Source of the DNA: Eledone cirrhosa
Lineage: Eukaryota
DNA: 64,000 nucleotides
Assembly (NCBI GenBank): GCA_964016885.1
Contig: OZ024742.1
Span: 128,030,001-128,094,000, forward strand
Direction of reading: 5' to 3'
The notes beneath the pieces were generated by a model that was not told the DNA's origin, searched no databases, and worked only from the letters and a program-made list of their open reading frames with translations. Position 1 is the stretch's first letter; each line of letters begins with the position of its first letter. A program made the translations under genes and the position numbers. Positions 31,952 to 44,479 of the stretch are shown one piece after another.

Positions 31952-33103
31952 CATCATCATCATCATTTTACGTCCGCTTTTCCCTGCTTACAAGGGTGGG
32001 AGAGGTCTTATTCAGCACAGCATCTCTCCACTCGTCACGGTCCCTCGTCATCTCCACCGTGAGCTTCAATGATCTGAGGTCTGTTCTCACCACCTCCACC
32101 CATGTTTTTCGTGGTCTACCTCTACCACGTCTTCCTTCAACTGGCAATTCCTGGCACTTCTTCACCCATCGGTCATCCTCCATGCGCATCACATGTCCAT
32201 ACCACCTCAGTCTCCTCTCCCGTACACTACATTCTATCCCTCTCAGACACAGTTTCTCTCTCAACACATTTATGCTGGGTCGTTCACGCACATTTACACT
32301 GCACATCCAACGAAGCATGCTTGCCTCATTTCTCTCCAGTTGCTGCCCATGTCTCACTACCATGCAGCATCGCGCTCCTCACACAGGCATCATACAACCG
32401 GCCTTTCGTACGCAGGGAGAAACCCTTCTTTGTCAACATTTCCCTGTACATCTACTGCATACATATTTCTCCCTACCTGTTAGTTTGCCTGCTATCCCGC
32501 TACATCTCTTGTGTACCCAGGATCTGCATTGTGTGCATTTTATAGAATTTATGCCAGTTCCTTTTCTGCATATCGAACATGGCCATTTCCCTGACGGAAT
32601 CAGGGTTTTGTCCTCTTTTCTACTCATCAACACTTTTGTCTTAGCTAGATTCACTCTCAGACCTCTTGCTTCCAACTGCTGTTTCCATAGCCAGAATTTA
32701 TTCTCTAGCTCCTCTACTGATTCTGCTATAAGAACCAGATCGTCAGCATAGAGAAGTTCCCATGGACAGCCAGTCTTAAACTCCTCTGTTATGGCTTGAA
32801 GGACTATAATGAACAAGAGCGGGCTGAGGACCGAACCCTGATGTATTCCTACTTGTATCTGGTATTCCTCACTAAACTCCATTCCTACCCTCACTTTACT
32901 GACAGCACCTCTGTACAAAGCTTGCACTGTCCTCACAAGCCATTCCTCAACACCTAGTTTCCTTAGGGACCACCAGATGACAGATCGGGGTACCCTATCA
33001 AAGGCCTTCTCTAGGTCAACAAAGGCTAAGTATAGTGGCTTATTCTTCTCTAAGAACCTCTCTTGCAATTGTCTCACCAAGAAGAGGGCATCTGTTGTAC
33101 TCT
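31952..33103 (-). mobile_element. RTE family B, 5'-truncated and internally deleted
   Basis: ORFs 32433-33080 and 31968-32363; (CAT)n tail. Confidence 0.93.
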
Positions 33104-33266
33104 TACCATATATATATATGGGCCTTCCAATTTCATTCTACATTATATACATGCCTGTGTATATTTTAATTATTTTTAAGGGAGTGTGACCCAACAGGTC
33201 ACAGGTGGTCTAGTTTGTTTTAAATTTGTCATTTTACTTATATATATATATATATATATATAAAAA

Positions 33267-33408
33267 GGCACATGGCTTAGTGGTTAGAGCATTGGCCTTG
33301 CAATTGAAAGGTTGTGAGTTCAATTCTCAAACCGGGTGATGTGTTGTTTCCTTGAGCAAGACACTTTATTTCATATTGCTCCAGTTTACTCAATTGTAGA
33401 AATGAGAT
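33267..33408 (+). mobile_element. tRNA-derived SINE head (A box TGGCTTAGTGG, B box GAGTTCAATTC), followed by an RTE-UTR/Ceph fragment to 33550
   Basis: Pol III boxes at tRNA spacing; related inverted copy near 63845-63945. Confidence 0.75.
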
Positions 33409-33548
33409 GATAGGACTGGGGTCCCTATCATTCCACTGCAAAGTGGTCGTGGAGGTGTCACGGCAAAAAAGCACCCAGCACTCACTGTAAATGAGGTTGG
33501 TGTTAGGAAGGGCATCCAGCTGTAGAAATCAAGTCAGAATCAAGTCAG

Positions 33549-33550
<2 letters not shown>

Positions 33551-33636
<86 letters not shown>
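33551..33636. repeat. (TC)19(GA)24 palindromic microsatellite
   Basis: Directly visible; centre CTCGAG. Confidence 0.95.
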
Positions 33637-33639
<3 letters not shown>

Positions 33640-34209
33640 AGAAGGATCGAAGTCAGTGTTGGCATATTACAATTGTTTTCAGCTGAATGTAGAATGAAGG
33701 TGATAGGGCCCCGACTCTTTTTTAACATCTCGTCAGATATGCAAGTGTATATGTGCTAAGACATCTAAACTGTTAACAGAGGGCCTGGAATTTGTTTATA
33801 TATACTTATTAATGGATTTTTAGGGGAGTGGGTGAGTAACAGTAAGAATAAAGGATAAAAAATATAAATGGTAAAGAAAATAAGAAGGTAAAAAAATATA
33901 TTAAAAAAAGCTGAAAATAATAAAAAAAATATACAAGGTAAAAAATGTAAAAAAAAGGTAAGAAGTGGTGAAAAAGACAACAAAAATAATAGAATGAAAT
34001 GAGAAATGAAAACAGAAAATAAAATAAAAAATTGAAAATAAGACTATAAAATTACAGTCAATCCATTTCATAGGCGAAACCGGACATCATCATCATCACC
34101 GTTTTATGTCCGTTCTTCCACGCTAGCATGGGTTAATATTTCATAATTATCGTCACTTGAAAAATGAAATTAAAAAATGCAAAAATAAAAATCTGAATAT
34201 GCTACTCAC

Positions 34210-34331
34210 TTTGTTCAATACCGTGTCTATTTTTTCAGTTATTTTGTTAACTGCTAAACGCATCTCAGTATTATGTGTTCTAGATTCAGAAAGAATAATT
34301 GGAACATGGATATCTGCGGAACTGACAGGTA
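34210..34331 (-). CDS. FKBP15: FKBP15-like exon (start of coiled coil)
   Basis: AG/GT; LSESRTHNTEMRLAVNKITEKIDTVLNK resembles vertebrate EARQHNTEIRMAVSKVADKMD. Confidence 0.88.
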
Positions 34332-34519
34332 CTAGAAAAATGGTAAAGAAGTGCAATTATAAGAAAATTTCAAGATAGTATGATTATTGAAAAAGCTGAG
34401 AGGAACAGAGAATTTGGCAAAAGCAAAAGTGGTCAAATACTTACATAAGTATGCTAGTCTTATTATCCAATCATACAGAAGGATGGTGAGAATGAGAATT
34501 TAGATAAATTTCCACACAG

Positions 34520-34850
34520 ATTAAAGTCTGCTTTGAAGACGAGAATGCAATATGTGGATATTTACTTCATCCTTACTTTGGCCTATGGCAGTGAAAGTAG
34601 CACTAAGGTACTTAAATTGATTGATATCCTCCAGAATCTTGCCACTGAGTATGGTGGGGACTCTTTCAGTGGGCAAGACACCAGCAATTACCATCTTTGT
34701 CTTGGTTGCGTTGATTTTAATGCTAACATGCAACACAGATGTTCACTGGCAGATTGAACAATAAAGTAGCTGCTGTCAATTATTATGAGGTTGTTAGCAT
34801 AGTCAAGGTCAGTGAGATTGAATTCTTGTCTGACAGTGATACTTCACAAC
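34520..34850 (-). mobile_element. Ancient RTE-type RT relic
   Basis: NLTDLDYANNL (decayed YADD), KINATKTKM, FKYLS. Confidence 0.7.
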
Positions 34851-35105
34851 ACTCTCAGAAATAGAACACAGCCCTGAGCAAATTTGAAAGGGGTCAGATT
34901 CCCTGCTGTAACATATAAGCTAAGCAAGAATATATGGGCTCCCAGCATAACAGAGATGATTAAGCTGTTTCACTGAGGGAAACTTATTGTGAATATTGCT
35001 ATGATACAAGTGATAGTCAACTGAAGATTGAAGAAGATTGAAAGATCATAACTAACTTAAAACATTTATGTTTAGACTATTTCAAAAATGAAAACATAGG
35101 CTTAC

Positions 35106-35193
35106 CAGAATAGGAATGTTGAGGGTAGAGTTGATTATATACAGGCTGAGAAGGACTTGATTGAAACGATACCGGTGGTTGATCGGGAGGCAT
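35106..35193 (-). CDS. FKBP15: FKBP15-like exon (Pro/Gln linker)
   Basis: TAG|ATG...G|GTAAGC; MPPDQPPVSFQSSPSQPVYNQLYPQHSYS; phases match neighbours; in-frame alternative acceptor at 35145. Confidence 0.72.
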
Positions 35194-35256
35194 CTATATT
35201 AATGAAAAAATCAGAAGTAATAATATTTGAAATAGTTACACGTGAAGTTAGTTTAA

Positions 35257-35477
35257 CCCTTTAGCATTCACATGACTCTATATATACTATTATATTTTCA
35301 CAGTAAAGGCTTTACCCCATATAATATCTCACATAATATTGAATCTATGAGATTTTAATGTTATTTATTTTGAGAACAATACCTTAACATCAGTATGTGC
35401 GGCCAGTCATGGCCAGTTTGAACAGAAAGAGGTGAGAGAATTCTGGCCGGATACGGCTGGGTTTAAATGCTAAAGGG
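35257..35477. mobile_element. piggyBac-type MITE
   Basis: TTAA-CCCTTTAGCATT...AATGCTAAAGGG-TTAA. Confidence 0.85.
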
Positions 35478-35501
35478 TTAACATTAAAATATGATCAATA
35501 A

Positions 35502-35553
35502 ATCGAATATTATTATTAATATTCAATATAACCCATACATATATATGTATGTG

Positions 35554-35584
<31 letters not shown>

Positions 35585-36053
35585 ATATAAATGTGTGTGT
35601 GTATATATATGTGTGTACATATGCATACTTACATTTATGTGTCAGCTGTGCTAGGGCAAGAAATAAAAATTCTAATTTTACTTTTCGGCAAGGCCAGCGA
35701 TAACTCACTTGGTATGCAAATGAGGCTACTCAGCTGATATGTACTTTAAAAAATACTATATATTTTCAACCGTTCAACAAAGTGGCAGAAGTATAGTCCT
35801 AATAAAGGGTAATGACCCAGAAACATGTTGATTGTTCCTCAATGCCAGTGTTGAACAAACAGATGATGATTTGTCATCGGCACGGCACAGCTTTAATTAA
35901 GCCGCTTGTTTACAAACGATCGAATATTATTATTAATATTGGATATAACCCATACATACGTACATATGTATGTGTACATATGTGTGTAGATATATATATA
36001 TATATATGTGTGTGTGTGTATATATGTTTGTACATATACATACTTACTTTTAT
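35502..36053 (+). mobile_element. Retrozyme-like non-coding element, copy 2 (~1.3 units, 417-bp period, mutated HHR core)
   Basis: 35502-35638 is repeated at 35919-36053; HHR fold at 35794-35834: TAGTC-CTaATaA-a-GGGT/aatg/ACCC-a-GAAA-CATG-T-T-GATTG. Confidence 0.75.
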
Positions 36054-36767
36054 ACATCATTCATTAGAAACTATAATAATACTATTGGTCTTTCAGTAAA
36101 ATGTTGTGTTCAAGAAGGAAAAAACTTAGCAACAATTTTCTGTTTTACATTTTTCTTTAAACTAAATCAGACACAAGAAATATGGATTGAGATTGACACT
36201 GTTAATAGAGTCTATAAAATATATTTTTGTTATTTAACAAAAATTAGTCTATATGCTTCTAAAAACTAGAAGAGGGCTCTACATATTTGCTTGACCTGTT
36301 ATAGATAACAGCCACTCTCTCAAATCAACACTTCTGTTAAAAATAAAAGGACATATAGTATAATGAGGAACAAAGTAGACTATTTCACTGAAAGAAGAAA
36401 AATATGATACCAGTTTATATATATATATATATATATTGATAAATACTCCGTAAAGTGGTATTGCTTGTGCCAGGCTGTATGGTACAGAAGTTTGCTTCAA
36501 AATCTTGTGATTCTAAGTTCAATTTCATTATGTACACTTTGTTCAAAGTATCTTCTGCCATAGTCTTGAGTCAATAACCTGATGCACTACTTCATACTTC
36601 AGTAGCACATAAGTCATGCTTTCTTCCTCCTCCCTTAAGCAGTTTTAGAGTCACTGCACTTCCTTCTGACAAGCCCATAAAATATAAACAAAAAACTGAA
36701 TTTGATTTGATACAGAACCCATCATATATTTTTCCCTTTGAACAGTCTATAAAAATTGATAAGTTAC

Positions 36768-36856
36768 CTGTTGGTACATTCCAGTTGCCATTGGTATCTG
36801 TGGTTGCTGCTGGTGAGTTTGATGATTTTGGTAAACGGATATTTGATGAGATGTAC
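36768..36856 (-). CDS. FKBP15: FKBP15-like exon (Gln-rich linker)
   Basis: TTTTCAG|...CAG|GTAACT; open frame; phase 1 to 0. Confidence 0.75.
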
Positions 36857-38405
36857 CTGAAAAGATTATAAAAGATGTCTGTTGATGGTCAGGCTTATGA
36901 TAACAGTAACCATAACAGTAAATGACTGCACAATCATTTACTGTTACGGTTACTCAATGAGTTTTGTTTTGAACTGTTAGTTGATAGATTTGTTTGTCTT
37001 ACATAAATTTGACTGAACATACAAGTAAAGTGTGTCTCTAAAAATAGCCCATGGCAAATACATAAGTTTTAACTTACATAAAATATATATTTTAGAAATA
37101 AATCTACTACTAGCTTACTGGTATTTGTTGATTAAAACCTAAGGATAATGAGTTTAATTATTGTCAAACATGTTCTCTATACATCAAGATTTTATTTAAA
37201 TATATATTACTATGAACTTATACAAGCACATATTGATTTTATTTAAAAACTATGAACTCATGCTACCACACAGTGAACACTTTGTTTACTGCAACAGATG
37301 CAAGTGTTATTAATCAATGAAAAGTGTCAATTAGTATTTGTTGTGGCTCTCTGACACTAATTTTTACCTTTCATCCTTTCAGGGCCAATAACAAAGTACC
37401 CATCCAGGGTTCAAATCCAGCTGACATCAACTTTCAGGGTGAATAACAAAGTACCCATCTAGAGTGGAGGATTTCTAAGAGCATTGAATGAGGTAACTTG
37501 TGATATATGTTCTGGCTATTTGCATTCCGAGTTGAAATCCAACAGTGGTCCATTTGAGTATAACAACATACAATAAGCATTTTAAGGCCATTTCCCCAAC
37601 AAAAGTAGGGGTTAGCATTAGCATTACAGGTTTCATACCGATCATAGGGTCCTTTTTCAAATAATGTTTTACGGCAGGATGCCTTTCCTAACACAGACTT
37701 TCATAGTTGCTTCTCACAAGATGCAAGGATATGGTGTACCTATTCTAAACCAGATATACAGAGAAGTGGCAGACTTAATCTGTTGCCTGGTTTAACACCA
37801 CAACATGGCTCTTTGGAGCTTTCAGTGGAGTCGTTTCTGTTACAAGATCAGGTCTATGGTTTGAGGATGTTCCCCACCAGTCTTGAAGGTCCTGAAAAGG
37901 GTCATATGGGCATTGCCCTTCTCTTTCTGATTAAAGAGTAAAAAAAAATGACACTTCACCAAATAAACTGACAAATATATAGTAGTAGTTCTTAGAATCT
38001 AATATGTTACAGACTACATTCTTATTCAGTGGATAATATAATATTCTTAGTAAAGATCATTAAATTTAAGAGAAGCATTAACACTAAAACGAATTCACAT
38101 AATTTCATGGGAATTAATATGAAATAGAACCAGTTCATGATAACTGTGTGTTACTACTGCCACCACCACCTACTGCTAAGTGGTCGTAGAGGTGCCACGG
38201 CAAAAAAGCACCCAGCCCACACTGTAAATGAGGTTGGTGTTAGGAAGGGCATCCAGCTGTAGAAATCAAGCCAGAATCAGTTCCCGTCCCACCCTTGCAA
38301 GCAGGGAAAAGCAGACGTAAAATCATAATGAGCATGATGTACTATACATGCACCTTTGATGAGTTGTAGTGCACCTGAGCACTGTACACAATAATTATTA
38401 TTTAC

Positions 38406-38535
38406 CTTGTGAGTAGAGTGATGAGGGCATATCATGAGATATTTTGAACTGATTCTGATTAGAAGAGAAAGAGCTTGGTTTATGGGGTAGATCAGGTTTT
38501 CTCCCAACACTACCACTACAATCTGAAACTGTAGA
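38406..38535 (-). CDS. FKBP15: FKBP15-like exon (Ser-rich linker)
   Basis: TTTTACAG|...AAG|GTAAAT; STVSDCSGSVGRKPDLPHKP; phase 0 to 1. Confidence 0.75.
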
Positions 38536-41301
38536 CTGTAAAAGATCATTCATAACAGAAATATATAGCCAAAACAAATGAGAAAAGTAAGAGAAAAAAT
38601 GTTGTGAGTGAGAAAAAAAAGAAGAGAAGAGTGTGTGGTGAGAGAGAGGTGTAAAGAGATAGAGAGGATTGTATGAAAAGATAGAGAGAAGATAATGAGA
38701 GGAGTATGTAAACATATAGAAAGGCAAGGATGTAAAGATACACAGAAAAGAATATATGAAGAGAGAGAAGTGTGTGAAGAGGTAGAGATAAAGTATATAT
38801 ATGTTTTAATGTATTGTTTTTTTTATACCTTTGACTTTAGACTTGAAATGGTAAAATATTTTCACAATTTTTAGTCTCATGGTTTTTGTTTACAATAATA
38901 GATCGTTTACTAGAACTTTGGTTTAGATACATCACTTAATGGAGAAAAATAAACAATAGAACCAAGAAAAGGCTTGTATATATGCACTGTTATCTATAGT
39001 GCCAACACAGCAAAATATGGATGCATTATTTTTGAAGTTGAAAAGGTCTGCTGGGATTTCAATGTTCCATATGTAATGTATATTATGAAAACTATATACC
39101 ATTTTTGCCTATCTGTCAGACACAAGCTCACAAAAAACATTCTAAAATAGAATACAATTAAAAGTAAGATAAAAAGGAGAAGGGCAAAGGTTCTAAAATG
39201 TTTTTGTCATACCAGAAGGTAGCGTTCTCTGCTAATGCTGTTCTGTGTGTGTGTGTGTGTGGTTGGTGACAGAACCAGTCATTAAGTGTGTGTTGCAAGT
39301 ATAAGCTCAAACATCATCATCGCTTAACATCCAATTTCTTCTGTAGTACACCATGATGCTAGATATCTCAATCCTGTGTCATCTCCTTTGTGAGGTTTAA
39401 TTGGGCAAGGTCAACTTTTAAGTCCTTTTCTGTTCCATAACTTAAGACATATTTTGTTTATGTATTAATAGGATAACACATAGAGTTTTGGAGACCCATA
39501 ACCTTTCTAAAATATATACATGACACAAGTCTACCTTAGTAGAAAAGTACCTAATATAGAAAAGTCCTCAATTTTACAGTGAAGTGACTACTTACTCTTT
39601 GGTGGTACATAATTACAGATTAGGCCATTGAGAATAATTAAGTGACTTGGTTGATATAATACACAGTCGTGTTGATTGCAAGATATGAGTAACAGACAAT
39701 TTGGTTGGTATATTTATATATGTAAATATACACACACACATATATATAATCTGAAGCTCATTTTAATGGGAAATATTAAAAATACATATGTGATCACAGG
39801 AAAACAAAGACTTGGCCTTATAACTTTCAAATTCAAAACTGTCTCACAAAGATATGATATCAAAAGTACAAAGTATGATGTTAGAGACGGATATAATCAA
39901 ATGATAGTACATTTTTTTTAGTTATTTCTAATCTATATTTTTAGAAATAGTCTGTTGCAATGAGTGACAATTCTCACATGTTATGTCTCTATAAGGTTGC
40001 ATCAACTTTTCTGGTACTAAACCACCTGAAACTGACCCTGGTTCTGTGATCCAAAGCTGTTTATTTTAAAGTTTTCATATTTAAATTCATACTTTCCATC
40101 ATAATTTTAAGTCAGAAAATTTTGTCAAATTATGTTTCAGACACCAGCTTAATGAAAAAGTTATTTACTTTAATTATATTCCTAAAAATTCATAATTATA
40201 AAAAAAATTAATTGAAGATCACAGGCAAAGTATTTCATTAGAAATATAGCATTGAAAGCACTAAATAGAAAAAACAACCAAACAAAACCTTTTGGTTGTT
40301 TATTTTTCCTTATGGTTCATTGAAAACCAAATAGAAACAGAAGGTCTTGGGTTTTTGTGTGGATTTTGATGTTAGGGTATTGTAAAAACAGAGAAATGAT
40401 GAATGTAAAATGTGGCATCGATAGTGCTGATAAGTAATCAAAAGAATCAATGTGAGCAGATATTAAAGTAAAGAAGATTGAATTTGGAGGAGAAAAAGAT
40501 TCATGCATGCTGAAAATATTTCCAATACAAGTGTGTACAAAGATGCTACGGTGAGGAATAGATCAATTAGAGAAGATAATATAAAATAAAAACTTTTGGA
40601 CTTTTTATATAAATAGAAGTATTAATTTGCAAAAGAAATACTGATTTATAACGTGTACAAAACATGACTAGTTTTGGAAGGTGGGTGATGAGGAGGATAA
40701 GTAAGTATTATTAGATACTGTAAGACGACTTGCTCAATACTCTACAAATTCCTTCCACCATTAATATGTTCTTTCTTTCGTGGTACTTCTATCCTATTCT
40801 ATATAAGACCTTTTGAAACACAGATCTATAACCAGAATTATGCTGAAAAAAGTTTGCCTATCCTTTTGAATCAAGAAATATTTGTTATAAACAAAAAATG
40901 AATTTTTACAAGAAAGCTGGCTTTTTTAAGATAGTGGACTGAAATTTGAAGATTTTGCTGCTGTTTCTAGCAGGTTGAGTGAGTATATAGAAGTTTCCTC
41001 ATGTAGCTGTGTATTCATAGATCAATCAAGCACTGAATTAGAAACCTTACTGATATGTGGCTAATGAGGAAACATGTGATTGTTTGACCCACTACAAAAT
41101 CAGCCAAATTTTTCTGAAATCACTCCCTACCATCCTAAAAAAAAAGGATGAACTGTCTTTGATTATAAGCATGCTAGATCAGTGGATAACTAGTCTAAAT
41201 AACAACAACCTCACTGACAAATGCTAAGTATAACTATTTATTTTTAACTTGACGAAGTATTCTAGTTAAATGACAATTTCCTTGAATGAATAGTTGCTTA
41301 C

Positions 41302-41418
41302 CAGAGCATCATCAGTTTCACTGTCACCACTTCCTAATGAAACAGCAACTCCAGGTAACATAGGCTGTCCCATCCGTGCCATTCGAGAAATTAGCCGGGC
41401 CTTATCACTTTTAGGTGA
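41302..41418 (-). CDS. FKBP15: FKBP15-like exon
   Basis: KARLISRMARMGQPMLP matches the conserved FKBP15 motif KAKLISRMAKMGQPMLP. Confidence 0.93.
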
Positions 41419-41497
41419 CTGAAATATATAAAAACAGTAAATAAATTTAAACAAGCAAGGAAAAGCGGACGTAAAATGATGATGATGATGATGGTGG

Positions 41498-42085
41498 TTG
41501 TGTCAAAGACATGACAACCTCCCTAGTGTTGGTGGTCTACATGATAAATGCACCCAGTACACATTGTAAAATGGTTGGTAATAGGAAGGACATCCAACTA
41601 TAGAAAGCTTCCTAAACAAAGGGTTGAGAGGACTGTTCAGTTGTGTCAAAGACATGACAACCTCTCTAGTGTTGGTGATAGGAAGGGCATCCAGCCTTAG
41701 AAAGCTTGCCAAACAAAGAGTTGGAAGGACCCTTCAGTTCAAACAAAGGGTTGGGAGGACTGTTCAGTTATGTCAAAGATATGACAACCTCCCTAGTGTT
41801 GGTGATAGAAAGGGCATCGAGCCATAGAAAGCTTGCCAAACAAAGAGTTGGGAGGACCCTTCAGTTGTGTCAAAGATATGACAACCTCCCTAGTGTTGGT
41901 GATAGAAAGGGCATCGAGCCATAGAAAGCTTGCCAAACAAAGAGTTGGGAGGACCCTTCAGTTGTGTCAAAGACATGACAACCTCTCTAGTGTTGGTGAT
42001 AGAAAGGGCATCGAGCCATAGAAAGCTTGCCAAACAAAGGGTTGGGAGGACCCTTCAGTTGTGTCAAAAATATGACAACCTCTCC
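41498..42085 (+). repeat. 97-bp tandem repeat derived from a Ceph-domain SINE body; RTE-type tail follows at ~42180-42231
   Basis: Units start near 41640, 41768, 41865, 41962 and 42059; each contains (G/A)AAGGGCATC. Confidence 0.88.
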
Positions 42086-42316
42086 TGTGCACTCATTAGA
42101 ACGCGAGACCATATGTAAGCGCGATGCAGACACCCTGGCCTGTCTGGGGGGTCAGTAATTCCACTTCGGTACTGTGCAGCCCTGGCTAGAATGGAAAGTG
42201 GATGTTAAACAATGATGATGATGATGATGATTACCATTATTGTGATTTCTTTAAATTTGTAACAAACTCTTCAATAATAGACACCCACTTTGAATTTGCA
42301 ATGGAGAGGGGAATAC

Positions 42317-42475
42317 CTGAGTCAACTGTTCGTTGATAGATTGAGACCTGTTTTTAATTGTATCTTCAGTTGGAGCTCCATCTGAATCAAAGTTTCCTGA
42401 ATCAGATGTAACGGGGATTGCTGGGACAGGAGTAGCATCTGGCTCCGGTGCATCATCACTTTTAGATAATTTTAC
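42317..42475 (-). CDS. FKBP15: FKBP15-like exon
   Basis: VKLSK...IKNRSQSINEQL resembles VKFAR...LRTKSNSLSEQL; AG/GT; phase 0. Confidence 0.88.
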
Positions 42476-43297
42476 CTGTGAAGTAGACAAAAAAATGGAA
42501 ACAGAACCATATTTAAATTGAAAACCAGATTATATAAACAGTTTGATAATACTTTGCAAGAATCTAGAGAGGCAGCAGCTTCCAGTACACTGAGAAGCTT
42601 TAATCATGTTGCTAACTGGAAGCTGTCTTAAAAATAGAAATGTAGAGCAATGTCTTTGATTTAAAAAAGAAACCAACTTCCAATTTGAAAAAAAATGTTT
42701 CTACGTTTCCAATTGGCCAGTCACTAGTTCATGATATTCATCATGACAACAGTGACAAATGGATTGTTTGTTCAACCTGGCTTTGTCAGTGTTTTGACAA
42801 AAGACACACACACACAGATATGACGGCCTTGTATATAATTTGTGCCTATACTCACAAGGCAGTGTTCAATATGAAACACTTGCACAGTGCAACTGAAGGT
42901 AGATCCACAAGAAAACAAATAAATCAATTTTTTTTAAATGAAAATCCTTGTGATACTTGTTTCACCAGAGTTGTACAGGTGCTCCCTTGTCACTCTTGCC
43001 ATTCGTAAATACAATGAACCAGTGATTGACCTATTGAAAACCTAGAACTAATGTTGTTAATGTTAATAAAATGTGATATAAAAATATATACATAATTGCT
43101 GTAGAAAATAGATTGCAGAAGAGATGACAGAAGAATTAGTAAAACATGTAGTTAAGTTTTAAAAAATATAAGTAAAATCAACTTTCAGTTCAATGATTTA
43201 AAAAGACATTATTTTTACAAACTATCTAAAGCTATGATGAGGATTAGAATAATATTTATTACTCCTGTTTCACGAATGGGAAAATTAATATTTCCAT

Positions 43298-43700
43298 AAT
43301 GCACCCAGCCCACTCTGTAAAATAATAGTGCTGATGTCATGTTAAATGCACCCAGTCCACTCTGTAAAATGGTAGTGCTGGTGTCATGATAAAATGCACC
43401 AAGTCCACTCTCTAAACTGGTAGTGCTGATGTCATGTTAAAATGCACCCAGTGCACTCTGTAAAATGGTAGTGCTGGTGTCATGATAAAATGCACCAAGT
43501 CCACTCTCTAAAGTGGTAGTGCTGGTGCCATGATACCATGCACCCAGCCCACTCTGTAAAATGGTAGTGCTGGTGTCATGATAAAATGCACCAAACCCAC
43601 TCTGTTAAGTGGAAGAGCTGTGTCATGATAAAATGCACCCAGTCCACTCTAAAATGATAGTACTGGTACTATGAAAAAAAAGCACCTAGTCTACCATGTC
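43298..43700 (+). repeat. 48-bp minisatellite (~8-9 units) derived from the Ceph domain
   Basis: GTAGTGCTG recurs at 43372, 43420, 43468, 43516 and 43564. Confidence 0.9.
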
Positions 43701-44017
43701 AGGTGGTAATGGTAATGTCATGAGAAAACGAACCTGGTATATGCTGTGAAGTGGAATATATGAGCATACATAGTCATCTGAATTGTCCGTCTAGCTTCAC
43801 AATGAGACAACTTATCTAACCCATGTAAGTGTAGAAAATAGATGTAAAATGATGATGAAAATAGCTCATTTGCAGCAATTTGTGTACAGGAAAAAATGTC
43901 TTAGAATATCAAGACCTACTTAAAGAGCATAAAATAACAGTTGGGGATGAGACAGGTGTAATAGTAAAACATTTTGAATTTTGAGGATAGTTAGTTGATA
44001 GGTTTGGTTTAGAATTT

Positions 44018-44274
44018 TGAAGGTGAAATTTATTTTTCCTATGATTTTTTAAATGTGTTTTGAATGAATATGGTCTTCAAAACCATAAACAATTACTCAT
44101 TTTCTGTGGTTCCCCCACCCAAGAACTCCTGGTTCCCATCAGGATGCCCTCAGACTGCAAAGTGGTAGTTTGGGAGGGAGAGTTAACTAAAAAACGGATA
44201 AATATTTTATGGTTTTGAAGGTTAGATTCATTCAAAACAAAAAAATCAATCGGAAAAACTTAAATTTCACCTCC
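44018..44274. mobile_element. MITE-like element with ~90-bp imperfect inverted arms
   Basis: AGGTGAAATTTA...TTTTGAATGAAT...CTTCAAAACCATAAA versus TTTATGGTTTTGAAG...ATTCATTCAAAA...TAAATTTCACCT. Confidence 0.7.
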
Positions 44275-44335
44275 ACAGGGTGTAATAATAAAAATTTACC
44301 AAGAATGAGTGTATAATACTAAGATTAATAATTAC

Positions 44336-44479
44336 CCGAGTTACTTCAATTTGAAACACGACGGAAGAATTAGGCGGTATTTTATCACCCATGCCTACTT
44401 CACCATATGCAAGGCTGGATGGAACGACTAAAACGCGTTGACCGCTCTTCTTCATACCAACTACACCCGAATCCCAGCC
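44336..44479 (-). CDS. FKBP15: FKBP15-like exon (C-terminal half of the FKBP domain)
   Basis: GWDSGVVGMKKSGQRVLVVPSSLAYG...IPPNSSVVFQIEV. Confidence 0.95.

Noticed and set aside
33267-33345. tRNA gene
   Set aside because: A and B boxes present but no full cloverleaf; it continues into a SINE body
34070-34086. GGCGAAACCGGAC half-hammerhead
   Set aside because: No upstream CTGANGA
41498-43700. Regular 97-bp and 48-bp arrays as CRISPR-like
   Set aside because: Eukaryotic intron, no unique spacers, units derive from a SINE/RTE domain
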